Of a stretch of 64,000 nt of DNA, positions 1-12,327 are shown piece after piece (the stretch's first letter is position 1; each line of letters begins with the position of its first letter). The stretch lies in assembly GCF_009834535.1 (NCBI RefSeq), contig NC_045698.1, forward strand, positions 1,986,001 to 2,050,000, in the 5' to 3' direction. The notes under the pieces are model-generated. The model worked only from the letters and a program-made list of their open reading frames with translations, had not been told where the DNA came from and did no database searches. The stretch is from Camelus ferus (lineage: Eukaryota). The translations under genes were made by a program, and so were the position numbers.

Positions 1-1529
1 CGGGGGCTGCCGAGCGCATTTCCTGGGTGAGCCTGCAATCACTGGGGCCCAGAGCCAGCCCGTGGCTCACTAAGGGCCCTGCCTCTGTTCATCAGAGTGT
101 CCCTGCCACCGCGGTTCCCATTCTCCTCTCTGCCTCACCTCTCCCGCGAGCATAAAGAAAGCTGACCTTCATGGCTTAGCCACCAGTTCAGTGCCCTACA
201 AGTTCAGACAGTCCTCCCCTAAATCTGCGTTCCAGGCCTGTCAGTCCAGCTCCGTATTTCCCAGTCAGTCTGTATCCACACACAGGGCGGGGTCCCCCGG
301 GGTGAGCGGGGCCCCGTCACGCTAGACCACGGCGCTGCGAGTCTCAGAGCAGCAGCGCGGCGGACCTCACAGACCCGCGTGCGCCCTCGTGACCTGCCCA
401 CTCGTCAAAGTCCGTACAAGCAGATCAAAAGGCCTGTTGGAAAGCTGCACGGTGCTTTTCATAAATGATTACTCGAATATAGTTTCTCATGTCTTAATGT
501 GGGACAGAAATTTCAGGTTTTAAACTCAAAGGCATCCTATCAAACTTCTCATCACTTTCCGATGGCCATTTATGTAGACACCATTATTCCCCCTGTGTCC
601 TTGAGTTCAGCAAATTTACCACATAAGCTTCAGATTCTTCTACTTGGAAACTTTAGAATTATTTTCCCTATGTTTGTGTATAAATATGTAAAGACAAAAT
701 CTGCCTCTCGTCTTAAAATTGTCTTGAAACCTTCCTGACTCACAGTGACCACTGGACACAGGCCAGCCTCGCTCTGTGAGCTGCTAAGCACCTGCTGTTT
801 CACTTACGTGTCCAGTGAGAGCCCGACACCCGATGCCTGCTGCCTGGAGGCTTGTAACTTCCTCTCTTCTCAGGTCAGGACCCGCAGCCTCTTGTCTACA
901 GGAGACGGGGCATTTCAAGTCCCTGGCTCTGAGCCTGATTTTGGAGAAAGGCTGGCTGCTGCATCCCGGAGTCCAACCCCCAGGACTGCCGGGGAGCCTT
1001 CTGCCAGCAGGGCAGGGTTCAATTTCAGTCTGCCCACAAGAACTTGGACTAGGTTTTCCAGTCCTTTCTGCACATAGGGTTCCGTGGGAGTGTGCTGTAA
1101 AGATACCAGCAAGCTAATAAGTACTGAGATTTTAGGATTGGAGGCTCCCTGATTGCCAGGAAAATACATCTGGTTGACCCCAAGCACTTGTCCTGTTGAG
1201 TGAATGCGCCTGGTGAGGGCAAGACACAGCCCAGTCTTTCTGGTCCACAGCAGACTTTATTTCATGGCCACTTGTAACATTTAAAGAAGTCTGGTTTGAT
1301 TTTTAACTCAGAGAACTGCATGTGCTCAGAGGGCGTGTAGTTTCCCCTTCCTGGGTTGACCACCCAGAGGTTCACAATAGAACCCAGCTTTCAGTTGATT
1401 TTTATTCTTTTCTGGGATTGATATTGTGGAAAATGCACATTTTCCCGTTAGTTGTTGACCTGAAGTGCTCACCACCACGATGGAGGCTTCCAGGACTGTG
1501 TTAACGAATTAAGTAGAATTTGTGACCTG

Positions 1530-1860
1530 CCCCATTGTAGCTGTATTTGGAGTAAGGAAATAATTAAGACTAAATGAGGTCATAGGGTGGGGTGCTTATC
1601 TAATAGGGTCAGGTCCTCATAAGAAGAGACACCAGAGCTCTATCTGTCTGTCTGTCTGTCTCTCTCTCTCTTTTTCTCTCCTCCTCTCTCTCCGCCTCAA
1701 TGTGCACCTTGTACCAAAGAAGGACAGAGAGGACCAAGAACAGGGTTCCCACCAGACACCAACCTTTTCAGACATTGGCGGACAGGGCACGTCTAAATTT
1801 TTCATGAAATAGAGAGCTCTGGGGAAGCAGATCAACTGCTTTAGCCACGTGGCCCCTTAG
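1530..1860 (+). mobile_element. MaLR LTR fragment (MLT1A-like)
   Basis: 'ctgtatttggagtaaggaaataattaagactaaatgaggtcatagggtgggg...cctcataagaagagacaccagagctct' followed by a CT-rich tract matches the MLT1A/MLT1A0 consensus as I recall it. Boundaries approximate. Confidence 0.75.
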
Positions 1861-3021
1861 CGCTCCTTTCCTGCGCTCCGGGGTGGGCACACCTTGGGGG
1901 AGATCACTTCTGGGCATGAGCATCCCCATACAGAACAGGCGCTTCCTCCCTGGCGGGGGATCCGGCAGGTGTCCGATTTTTACCACATGCCGTGAGTAAT
2001 GGCCGTGCACCTCTGGGCCCCTGTTATGAATCACGCCTTCCCACGTCCTCAGCACCAGGAAGGATGGTTTACTACGTAGAATGAAGCAATAATTCAGTGA
2101 TGTATTGACAAGCCCAGCAGTATATACTTACTGCCTGTGAAGGGGGATGAATATTGCCGGCATTATTTAAATAACAGGGATCTCAACAGACATACAAATC
2201 TAAGTGGGCTTAATCCAGCTCTGTGTGACTGACAAGCATGCAGGCCGGCCTGTGTGGCCTCAATTGACCATAGAACAATTGATTCCGTGTTTGTAGCACG
2301 GATCAATGACACAGCCACCGACGGAGTCAGCGGATCAGTGGCTGCTCCTGTCACTGGTGCCCGGGGCCAGCGAGGCTCAGTTTACAACGGCAGTAAGTGA
2401 CCTTCCCATCTCGGCTCTGTGAAGCCTCCTGAAACACACACCATCGGCCCTGAAGCCCTGTCTGCAATCCCATTTCAGTGACAACACAAACACAGGGCAG
2501 GACAACTGTGCCAGAAACCAATCAATCAGATTTGAAATTCTGGAAATGATAGGAAAAGAGTTGTGTAGAGTGGGGTTTGGAGCTAGGAGAAGTGTGTGCG
2601 TCTGTGTGAGATGGTTCAGTGGAGGCCGTCGCTGTTCCTTGTTTTTGTACTTGGAGTCTCACCTTATGAAATAATGTTCAGGGACCAGATAACAAATTTT
2701 TCACCAAACAAAACTCTGAGTTCAAGGCCAGCTGGAGGGGCCTTTTCTCTGAGAACACAGATCTCAGGGGAATCTGACATCGGCATTGCTAGCTTGTTGG
2801 ACAGTAAATAAAGCTCTTTTGTTGAGCATCTCTCCAGAACACACCCTCCAAGCTCACAGACAGCCCAAAGGAGCAGCTGGGACCCTGGGACGCCCGCAGA
2901 GGGTGCACTGCGGTTTGATGAATTGTCTCGAAACCACTGCTGTGTCCACAGTTAAGACCCTGTTTTCAAACTCAAGAGCTGAGAAAAGGGATAAAGTAGC
3001 CTCAAAAAAAAAAAAAAAAAA

Positions 3022-3103
3022 GTAAGGAGTTTCTACTGTCCAGCACAGAGAACAAAATTTAATATCTTGTAATAACCTATAAAGAAAAAGAATATGAAAA
3101 AAG

Positions 3104-3148
<45 letters not shown>

Positions 3149-3229
3149 GGATATAGTGGGATCACTTTGCTGTGTACCAGAAACTAACACAACATTGTAA
3201 ATCAACTAAACTTCAATTAAAAAAAAAAG
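3022..3229 (+). mobile_element. LINE-1 3' UTR tail fragment (artiodactyl-type)
   Basis: 'ctactgtccagcacagagaac...aatatcttgtaataacctat...gctgtgtaccagaaactaacacaacattgtaaatcaactaaacttcaatt' plus an A tail. Homologous to the tails at 47812 and 63162. Confidence 0.85.
3106..3148 (+). repeat. (GATA)n microsatellite inside an L1 tail
   Basis: About 10-11 perfect GATA units seen directly. Confidence 0.95.
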
Positions 3230-3460
3230 CTTTTAATTACTTTCTTATAGATAATTATCTCTTCCTTTTCATTTATAACTTCTGGGCCTCCAATCTTGTC
3301 TGGGAAGCTCTCCCACTTGTGAAAGTAAACATTTTCACAGCCTTCATTCCTAATATCTAATCCACATTTGTCTCCTATGCCAGTGCTCGACACGGCCCCT
3401 CTCCTCACCTCCACCTTCCTGCCCCCAACCAATCTGCACAGGAAATTGGAGTGGTCTTTA

Positions 3461-4286
3461 TATTGAGGTATCATCTCACACTGATCAGAATGGCCATCAT
3501 TAAAAGTCCAGAAACAGTAAATGATGGAGAGGTTGTGAAGAAAAGGGAGCCCTCCCACACTGTTGGTGGGAATGTAGTTTGGTGTAGCCATTATGGAAAA
3601 CAGTATGGAGATTCTTTAAAAACTAAAAATAGACTTACCCTATGATCCAGCAATCCCCCTCCTGGGCATATATCCAGAGAGAACTCTAATTTGAAAAGAT
3701 ACACGCACCCAAACTTCATAGTAGCACTATTTATAACAGCCAAGACATGGAAACAGCCTAACTGTCCATTGACATATTATCGGTTAAAAAAGCTATGGTA
3801 TATATATACAATGGGATACTACTCAGCCATAAAAAAGAATAAAATAATGCCATTTGCAGCAACATGGATGGAACTGGAGATCGTCATACTAAGTGAAGTA
3901 AGCCAGAAAGAGAAAGAAAAGTACCGTATGATATCACTCATATGTGGAATCTAAAAAAAGAAAAAAGAAGACATTAATGAACTTGTCTGAAAAATGGAAA
4001 CAGACTCACAGACATAGCAAACAATTTTATGGTTTCTTAGAGGGGGCAAAGGGGGTGGGAAGGGATGAATTGGGACTTTGAGATGTGCAGATACTACTAT
4101 ATATAAAATAGATGAATAAGGTCCTTCTGTTTAGCATAAGAAACTGTACTCAATATCTTATAATAATCCATAATGAAAAAGAATATAAAAACAAACATAT
4201 TTATGTGTATGTATGACTGAAACATGGTGCTGTACAACAGAAATTGACATATGGTAAACTGACTAGACTTCCATAAAAAAAATAAT
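3461..4286 (+). mobile_element. 5'-truncated LINE-1 (ORF2 C-terminus plus 3' UTR) with target-site duplication
   Basis: ORFs 3451-3645 ([14 protein letters not shown]) and 3691-3954 (TWKQPNCP...YYSAIKKNKIMPFAATWMELE...LICGI) are frameshifted L1 ORF2 C-terminus. A-rich tail present. TSD aattggagtggtcttt (3444-3459) versus aattgaagtggtcttt (4287-4302), 1 mismatch in 16. Confidence 0.95.
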
Positions 4287-4842
4287 AATTGAAGTGGTCT
4301 TTTAGTGGAAGACAGAGTTGATTATAAGTAGCAAGCTTTTCACATAGTAAAAGGCAAAAGGCGGGGTCCCCAGTGACTCCCATGGCTGCCCACCTCACTT
4401 CTGGTCCCCTTCCTCAGAAGGCTCTAGGTCCATAAATCAGATTTTCTTATCTTCACCTCCTGAAACTCACGTTTATTGTTTACTTCTCAGAAAGGGCTTT
4501 CTAGCCACACAACTTTATGCAAAAAGGGCATTCTTAGCAGGAAGGGGCCACTTTAGGAATGCTGGCTCCACTCTCTTGCTGTCGGGGGCATCGCTGACGT
4601 AAGGCTGCTCACCGTGTCTGTCTTCACTGCCCCGCTCAATCAGAAAAGGCCAAGGACACATTTTTTTAAATTATTACAGTTTCATAGGTAAGTCTCTCAA
4701 CATCATAAAGCAGCCGTAAGTCAGGTTACCTTTTCCCATTTCCTTTGTTGTAAATGGGTGTAAGATCTTGATCTCTAACTTATTGGAGGATGAAAGAAAA
4801 AAAAATGACAGAGGCTAAAAGAGCGAGAAGAAATAGTCCTAC

Positions 4843-5145
4843 TCCGCGTGCACAAGTCAAAAGCAACGTTCCGTTCACAGAACGCGCGGGGGTCAAAACG
4901 TGCCGAAGTGCATCCGAGCGGCACCGGCGCGGGCGGTCCTGCGAGAGCCGCCACGGCTCCCTCCTGCACCCCAGCTTGCGGCGGGGACGCCTGAGCGGGG
5001 AGACGCTCGGCCGTCCGGACACGGCTGGCGAGTCTGGACAGAAGGAAGCCACGTGAAGAGGGCTCCTTAACGGCAGTTCGAATAGAGGGAATTCGCGTTC
5101 GGTTCTTCCTCTCGTGCTTTCAAACCCCGCTCTGTCCCGCCCGAA
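4843..5145. promoter_or_regulatory. Short CpG-rich segment (CpG-island-like)
   Basis: Dense CpGs (ccgagcggcaccggcgcgggcgg...) over ~300 bp. No associated exon seen. Confidence 0.35.
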
Positions 5146-5183
5146 ACCAGGAAGCACTGTGCACCTCTACTGAGAAGGCGACA

Positions 5184-5554
5184 CTTTTTTTTCTGTAGCT
5201 GCAGTGGAGGGGACTTGCAGTGTTGGGTTAGCTTCTGGTGCACAGCACAGTGCTTCCATTTTATGTATATACATATTCTTTCCCACATTTCTTTCTCATT
5301 ATAGGCTGTTACAAGATACCGGGTGTGGTTCCCTGTGCCGTACAGCAGGTCCGTGTCATTTATCTATTTACACACAGTAGTGTGTGTCTGCACATCCCAA
5401 AGTCCCAGCTTCTCTCTCCCTCCCCGCCCCTTCCCCGTGGTAACCGTAGTTTGTTTTCTGTCTCTGTGAGCCTATTTCTGTCACTTGTGTCATTCTCTTT
5501 TTAGAGCCCACTTACAAGCAATGCCATATGGTATTGCCTTTCTCCGTCTGACTT
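5184..5554 (-). mobile_element. LINE-1 3' end fragment, GC-drifted
   Basis: A T tract is followed by the reverse complement of the L1 3' UTR. It is colinear with the copy at 46442-46830 (ggtaacc..agtttgttttctg, catatggtatt). Confidence 0.9.
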
Positions 5555-8389
5555 AGAGAAGGTGACAGTTTGAGTGACACCGGATGGTTGAGTTTGTGGG
5601 GCAACAGTGAACCTTGGGAAAAGCTGCTGTTTTTGCTCCACAGACAGGAGAAGGCGCCCCTACTTCAGGTCTGAGAAACGGCAGAGGTCCTGCCAGGGGA
5701 AAGCCCTCCAAAAGGCAGCGGCCGTCTGGCGTGATTTGGTGCCTTCGGTCTCTGGGGAGCCACCCCGGCCTGGCCAGGGATCGGTGTGGACTGAAGTGAC
5801 AACCTGAGGCGAAGCCCGGGAGGACTGCCAGCATGGCTCAGACCCACCCGTCCTGGGTGCTCCTCCCTCTGCAGAGCAGGGGTGACGGCCGACTTTGCAA
5901 ACCAAACACTAACGAGGCGCCAGGCGGGCCTAGTGGGGATGTGACGTCAGAGCCTCTGCCTTCTTCACTGGAACTGAGAACTCTCTTTCCCTGGACACCT
6001 TCGCTCTCGGAGTGTTCCTGGAGCACGTGGCCTCCGCTCTCTCAAGAGTCCTTGACGGGCGAGGTGGCGACAAGTCTCCCACCCCCGCACTGGGCTCTGC
6101 GCAAAGCGATGCTCCGGCCCAGGGTCCTGGAGGCCGCCCTATTTTGGGAAGCCCTGCGCTTCCTCTGGCTGTCAGGGCTCACAGCATCGCACCCGGGTTA
6201 TCTGAGAGCATCCAGGGGGGCAAAGTGTGAAGTGAGAAGGCGCTGCCCCACTGCAGACAGGGCCTGGGGGCGGGGGTCCCGGAAGTGGTGGGCTTCCTGT
6301 CCCACTGAGAGAGGGACGGTGACCTCCCCGGTGGGAAGGGACAACCTCCATCCAGCCGGAGTGGGGACTGTGTGACCCCCGACAGACCACGAGTGTGAGC
6401 TCTGAGGGGGCCGCTGCCATGGGGGACACCTGTGTTGGTTTCTTCGGGAGACTTTGGATTCTCAAAACTTGAATAACTGTTGAAATAAAATAGTGCCTTT
6501 CCAAACACATACTGTGAAGGAGAACTTTGCCCTGATTTGTTAAGTCAGAGCTCACTGCCAGACGGCCTGCGGGCACAAGCGCACGGGAACTGATGTTAAC
6601 GAAGGCACATAAACGCAGCGGAGGGGAGTATCTCCTCACGTGCGTTCAAAAGAACAGGAAAACCCAGGGAAGGTCTGTCCCTCCACCACTGGGCGGGCTG
6701 GTTTGAAGGGTTGGGAGCTGCGCCCGCCGGCTCATGAGACGGAGCCCGGCCGGGGCCTCGCGAAGAGCACCTGCCTGGCTCCCTAGCATGCTCGCTGGGA
6801 GCTGAAGGCGACTTCTGCTCGCAGATGCCAGATACCAGCAGGGACAAAGGAGAGTGGTCTTTCCATTGGTTTTGTGGCCTCCTGTCCGGGGGGGTCCTGT
6901 CTCCTCGACCAGCTCCTGTAGGAGGAATGTCGGCCATGTAGACGCATGGAGTGTGCCTCCCACCCAGGGGAGGAAGACGGCGCGGGGTCCCCGCCTCTGG
7001 TTCCCAGGGGTTTCTTGACTGAAGGCACAGCAGGTGATGGCCCGGCAATGGGGATGCTCCCCAGGAGTGCCCCGAGGGTCTCCCCCCTCAGCAAGGGAGG
7101 GGCGCTCACTGGGAGAACCACGGTGGGGGGACCCTCCCCAGTCTGTCTTCAGAGACCACCCCAGGCAGCAGAGCTGGCGGAGAAGGGTGCAGACCAGGGG
7201 GCATTCACAGGAATGCCATGTCACCTGTGCCCTCAACCCACGACACAGTCCTGCCGGGCTCCTGGGACAGGGACACTCAGCTGGGACTTGAGTCTGAGGG
7301 CCCTCGCCTCCCAGTGCCCAGTGGGCAGCCCTGACCGGGGTGTGGGGCCCCCACAGAGGGCAGCTCCGAAGCTGGTTCCAGACTCATTTCCCCGCGTGGG
7401 TCCCCAGGGGGCCTCTTGCCTCAAGATGGGAACAGAGAAGCTGATTCCTTCTCCTCCCATGCTCCCCTCCCTGCACCCACTGTGTCCACTCAGCTTCCAA
7501 AGACGGCCTCCCATCAGGAGGGCTCCCAGCACGGCCTGCCTACCCCCAGGGGGAGCAGGGAGGGACCCGGACTTTTCTGTTGAAGAGTTCCTCCCCGTCC
7601 CCGTGGAAACCACTCTTGTCTGCAGTCCCATCCTGGTGTGTCCACAAGCCCCGTGTCTGTGCCCTCCGAGGGCCCGGGGCGGGGGGACGCGTGCGGGTGC
7701 GCGTGCAGGAGAGGGTCAGGAGGAGGGTAGAGCTCAGAACTGGAGACCAAGACGGGATTCAGGACAATGCTCAGGACTCTGAGGATTTTGATGGCAAATC
7801 AGGAAGAAAATGAGTAAGCAGAAAAGAAAAGATAGTACTTACCTAACATCAGAAAAACGTTTCAGGAAATCTAACTGCAAATTACATCCCCAGACAGATG
7901 CACATCTGAAGCTGCAGTCACTGGTTTTGTTTTAATTGTTCAACCCCTTGAAAGCTTCAACCCATCATATTTGCACAGCTGGAAGGCCCAGCCCCAGACA
8001 CTGGGGGGTTACTGCCCCCAGCAGGGCCTAGGGGTCTGGGGCTGGGCTGCCGGACACGGGCACGGATCGGGTGTAGGCAAGCCATTGAGAGCTGACCTGT
8101 GGGCCGGGAGCCTCTGACAGACGGAGGGTCCCCAAAGCTGGGCCGGGGGAGGCGCTGCCGTGGACGTTCCGCTGGAAGTCCCACCCGGTCAGGCTCCAGG
8201 TCATAGAACGAGCACATCCATCACCTCTGTGATGCCGCGGGGCCCAGCGTGCGCCGTGGACGCGAGCGGAGTTTGGATGGAGACACTTAGGAAGAGAGAT
8301 GCCTCAGAGGGTAGAGACGGCTTCCTGCAGAGTCCAGGGCGGCGGGTGCAGCGCAGCCCAGCCGGGGCCACACTCTTCTTTCCTGACCT

Positions 8390-8685
8390 GTCTCTGTTTT
8401 ATCTGTTTAGGATCCCATCGTGTCTCCGTCTGTGTGACCTGTCTCTGCACCTACGTGTCCACCTTTCCATCTGCACCCGTGTCCACATCTGTGTGTTTAT
8501 CTCTGTGCCTGTTCCCATAGCCATACTGACCTCTGTCAGTACCGCGCCCGTCGTCGACAGGCCATCCGCACCTGCCCTCCGCTCGCAGCTGCGTCCATGT
8601 CATCTACACTGGCACCTCTGGCTCCGTGTCCATCTCCATAACCAAACCTATACTTACGTCCATCTCTATCTCCATATGTATTATC
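8390..8685. repeat. Degenerate period-6 simple repeat (fossil (ATCTAT)n-like)
   Basis: Hexamer phasing: atctgc acccgt gtccac atctgt gtgttt atctct gtgcct ... gtccat ctccat ... gtccat ctctat ctccat. Confidence 0.55.
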
Positions 8686-11600
8686 TGAAGTGGCATTTGG
8701 AAAAAAATGGAGACGTGTAAGGTGAAAGTTACCTTTTAATCTCACACCCAGATATCAGCGCTAATGGTTTGATAGGTTCTTTTTCTATGTATTTGTCCGT
8801 ATTGTACATACATGGAATAAGACGGCATTTACACTTTCAAGCCCTGGTTTTGCACGTATGTCATACAAGCGTTTTCCAACATCATCACGGAGTCTCATTG
8901 CTCAAAAAACGTTTATTCCTACAACCTCCCAAAACGCACAGAACCTCCCCCCGCGGTTAGACTTACAAACTGGCAGCGACAGGTGGCACTCCAGTGAACA
9001 TCTCTGTGCGCGGAGCTTCTCGGGACTTGGAGAGAGAGTGCAGGGTTTCAGCCGTACACCTGAGGTGCTAAGCTGAGATGCAGACGTGTCCTGGGCGTCC
9101 TGAAGCTGAAACGCATCCAGAAAGTGCTGTGTGTTGGCTCCCTGGCCTCACTGGTGGTGTGCGCTGGAAGGAGAAGCGTGGCGGGACACCGGTGCTGGTG
9201 CTCACAGAGGTGCCCGGACCCCGCGCGGCTCACACACGGGCCTCCCTGCCACCAGGGAAGGCAGGCACGGTCCACAAGCTGGACGTGCTTGGCTATTTCA
9301 CTCAAATTTGGCGTCCCTGGGGAATTCGCACAAGTCATGAGAGTTTTCATGGAGACCACTGACTTCAGGTGTGTCAAACCTCCCGTGAACAACAGAAAAC
9401 CCTGGTGATAATGTCCCTCAGCACAGGCTTCTCTTTAGGCTCAGCCAGGAGCTGCGACTTTCCTCCCAAGTGGCTGATATTTTAATAATACTTTCACTGT
9501 TGCATAAACTTAACCTTGGGTCATCTGCCTGGGAACGCACCATCCCCCACCAGCAGCCGATTTCTTCTGATAAATCCTTAAGAGAGGCGTTCATACCTTG
9601 AGAGACGCCCACTGAACAAGCCTGGCGGAGCCCAGGGGTGCAGAGCTCCGGGTCAGAGACGCCGCGGCAAACCGGGCACCCCCGTGGGCGACGGGGGCGG
9701 CTCTCACGTGGCTGCTGTGCCGCCCCTCGGGCCCCATGCCCCCCAGCTGGGCAGGAGGTTCAAGGCCTCTGCACGGGGCATCGCGGGAAGGCTCAGGGCA
9801 ACTTCCTGCAACAGAAAAGCTCCGTCCAGTGGTCCCCTGGTCAGGACACAGGAGCCAGGCCTTGTGCCGGACGGCTGGTGAGAAGCCAGGTGCTGGGAGG
9901 ACCTCCTGATCCTGCCCAGACGGAGGTACCAGTCCTTCCCCTCGGGCCAGGCCGGGCCTGCTCCTGGGCTCTCATTCTCGTGCCTGGCGCGGTGACAACC
10001 CAGCGTCCTTCCGGCACTTGCTGTCAGACCCAGGACCACTCTGGTGCTCAAGGGACGGGCCTCACAGCCGCCTGCAATATCCAGGGGCCTCCCCGGCCAC
10101 ATCCACAGAGAAGGCCTGCTCACGTCTGTGCCCTGAGGTCCCCCCTCTCCTCCGCCCTGCTCTGTCTCCTGCCCTCCTGGCCTCCAAATGCCTCCACCAG
10201 GTGCCACCCCCTCCCCCGCCGCTGGATGGTGGGGAGCAGAATCGGGCTGGGCAGAGAGTCTGGGGAGGCTGCCGCTGTGGCAGGAGCCAGTCCCGCTGGG
10301 TCCTGCTTCTGCCGCCCTGGAAGGCTCCAGAAGGGATGGGCTGACTCGATGCAGGGGACGGGGCTCAGTGGCCCTGGGCAGGTTCTCTGCGGGGGTCTTC
10401 TTGAGCAACTCTGACCGACTTGGCTCCCACCTGACGGCTGGCCCTCTGCCTGCAGGACGGGCCCCTCTGAACTCTCCATCCCGCGAACTCCCCAGGGCTC
10501 CGCCTGCAACTTGGCTTTAATAAGCTGGGTTTTGTGTAGTTACACTATATTCTTTCTTTCTCTGGGACACTGCACTGTTTTCATTAGGGGGTTGATTCCA
10601 AATGACAAAGACACATTTGGTAGTTGATACAAGTTGAGGCCAGGAAACGTTTGTCAGGAGCCTGAGGGAGCCCAGCCCTGTGTCCCGTAACCGGAACCAG
10701 AAGTTGGCTTGATACTGGAAGTCGGTTTGATTTTTTTGCAGTGCTTGTGATAACAGACACCGTGATAAAGATGCTTGCATCTCCGCCCGCTCAGTCCGTT
10801 TTGCAGGTGAAAGGATGGCCTCTCTGACACTGCTGTATCCCTGATGCCATTCTGTCCACCTCCGAGGGGCCAGCGTGGATGCCCCCCTGATGCTCTACAT
10901 CCGTGGCCTTCTTGATTTTACTTCTGCCCCTGCTTCTACCCGCTCCTTGGTCCTTGGCACACCACCTTCGTGGGGTTCCCATCCTTCTCGCTCCATCTGC
11001 CCACTCCCCGGACAGGCGGCCTGCAAAGCCACGGGCAGTGGCACCACTGTGACCCGGGACCAGAGGCCCCGGCCCAGGTAAAAGGTGATAAACCAGGAAG
11101 GAAAACGTGATGTGCCTTTGTCAGAGACCCTCATCAGCCACCGGCTTGATCCATTTGCCTTGGAATTACTCAGTTTACTACTTGTGATATTTATGTGTGT
11201 ATCCTGCAAATGTAGTCACTTATCCTGATGCAACTTGCCTGGAATTTCTTTCAAATTAGTGTAAATATTTCTGGAGGATAAAGGCTGATATATTCCCTGT
11301 TGTCAGGGTCTTCATTCCCGCTGTACCTCACAGGTGATAGACTTCAGGGCTGACTTACTTTTTTAGGTGAAACCAACCAAGGAGACGTGCTGGACGAGGA
11401 TTCTGCTCTGTTGGCATCACATAAAATTCACGTTCTGTTTTGACAACTCAGCCAAGATAAGAGGCACGCGTTCAAAGATTTGTTTCTGAAAATTCAGAAT
11501 AAATGTATTCCACAAACTAAAAACCATTTGAAAATGCATACAAGCAAATGCTGGTTAACTGCTACGTGCATAGCTTGCGGGCAATTGTCATTAATCTTTA

Positions 11601-12302
11601 AATCATGTTCACAATGAATCAAAATGACGGTAAGACACAGTCATCTATCTTATAGTAAATCTAACAAAAATGATTAGATAAAACACACAAAGTCGAAACA
11701 TACACTTTCCGTCTTGATTGATCCTGGTTAGAAAGTGCACATGCGGAGCCCTGCAGGCGTTCCTGGGTTCGCCCATCAGCCACGCCGGTGTTCGTCTGCT
11801 TTCTGGTGAAGACAGTGGTACCCACGCCGGGTCTGTTTCAGAGTCTCAGCGTCTTCCCTGGATGAAGCCTGTTGGCAGCGCTGTTCCTACCAGCGTCCAC
11901 CACCGTCATCGTACGGGCCCGATTCCAGGGCCATGCTTTGCGACTGCTTGTCTAGAGCATCTGGAAGTGCGGGTCTGGCCTGGAGAAGGCATCGCGAGAC
12001 TGCATCTCGCTGAAGTGGGCACTGGGCCTGTGGTGGATGTCTGAGGAAGGTCAGCGTCTCTGTGGGTGGCTGGGGCAAGACGCAACGAAGATTCCATCAG
12101 TGATCACCCAAAACGTGGAGGAAAAAACAGGTTAAAGCAGAGTTCTGACGTCGGACACTGAAGGTGACCTCTGCTCTACAAAGGGGTCTTGGTGACGCTG
12201 AGTGACGTGGGAGGACGAGGCAGTCACCCTGATGCAGCTCCCTGTCTGTCTTCCTCCTTCCTTTCCTCCTTCCCCCCACCCGCCAAGTGCTCCATCTCTC
12301 TG

Positions 12303-12327
12303 CAGACAGACAGACAGACAGACAGAC
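12303..12327 (+). repeat. (CAGA)n microsatellite
   Basis: About 6 CAGA units. Confidence 0.9.

Noticed and set aside
3451..3954. L1 ORF2 pieces as functional CDS
   Set aside because: 5'-truncated and frameshifted fragment of a retrotransposon.
6946..7782. Longest ORF (278 aa), and similar ORFs at 9638-10414, 9704-10408 and 29246-29914
   Set aside because: Pro/Gly/Arg/Ala-rich, with no recognisable domain and overlapping ORFs on both strands. Expected by chance in GC-rich DNA.
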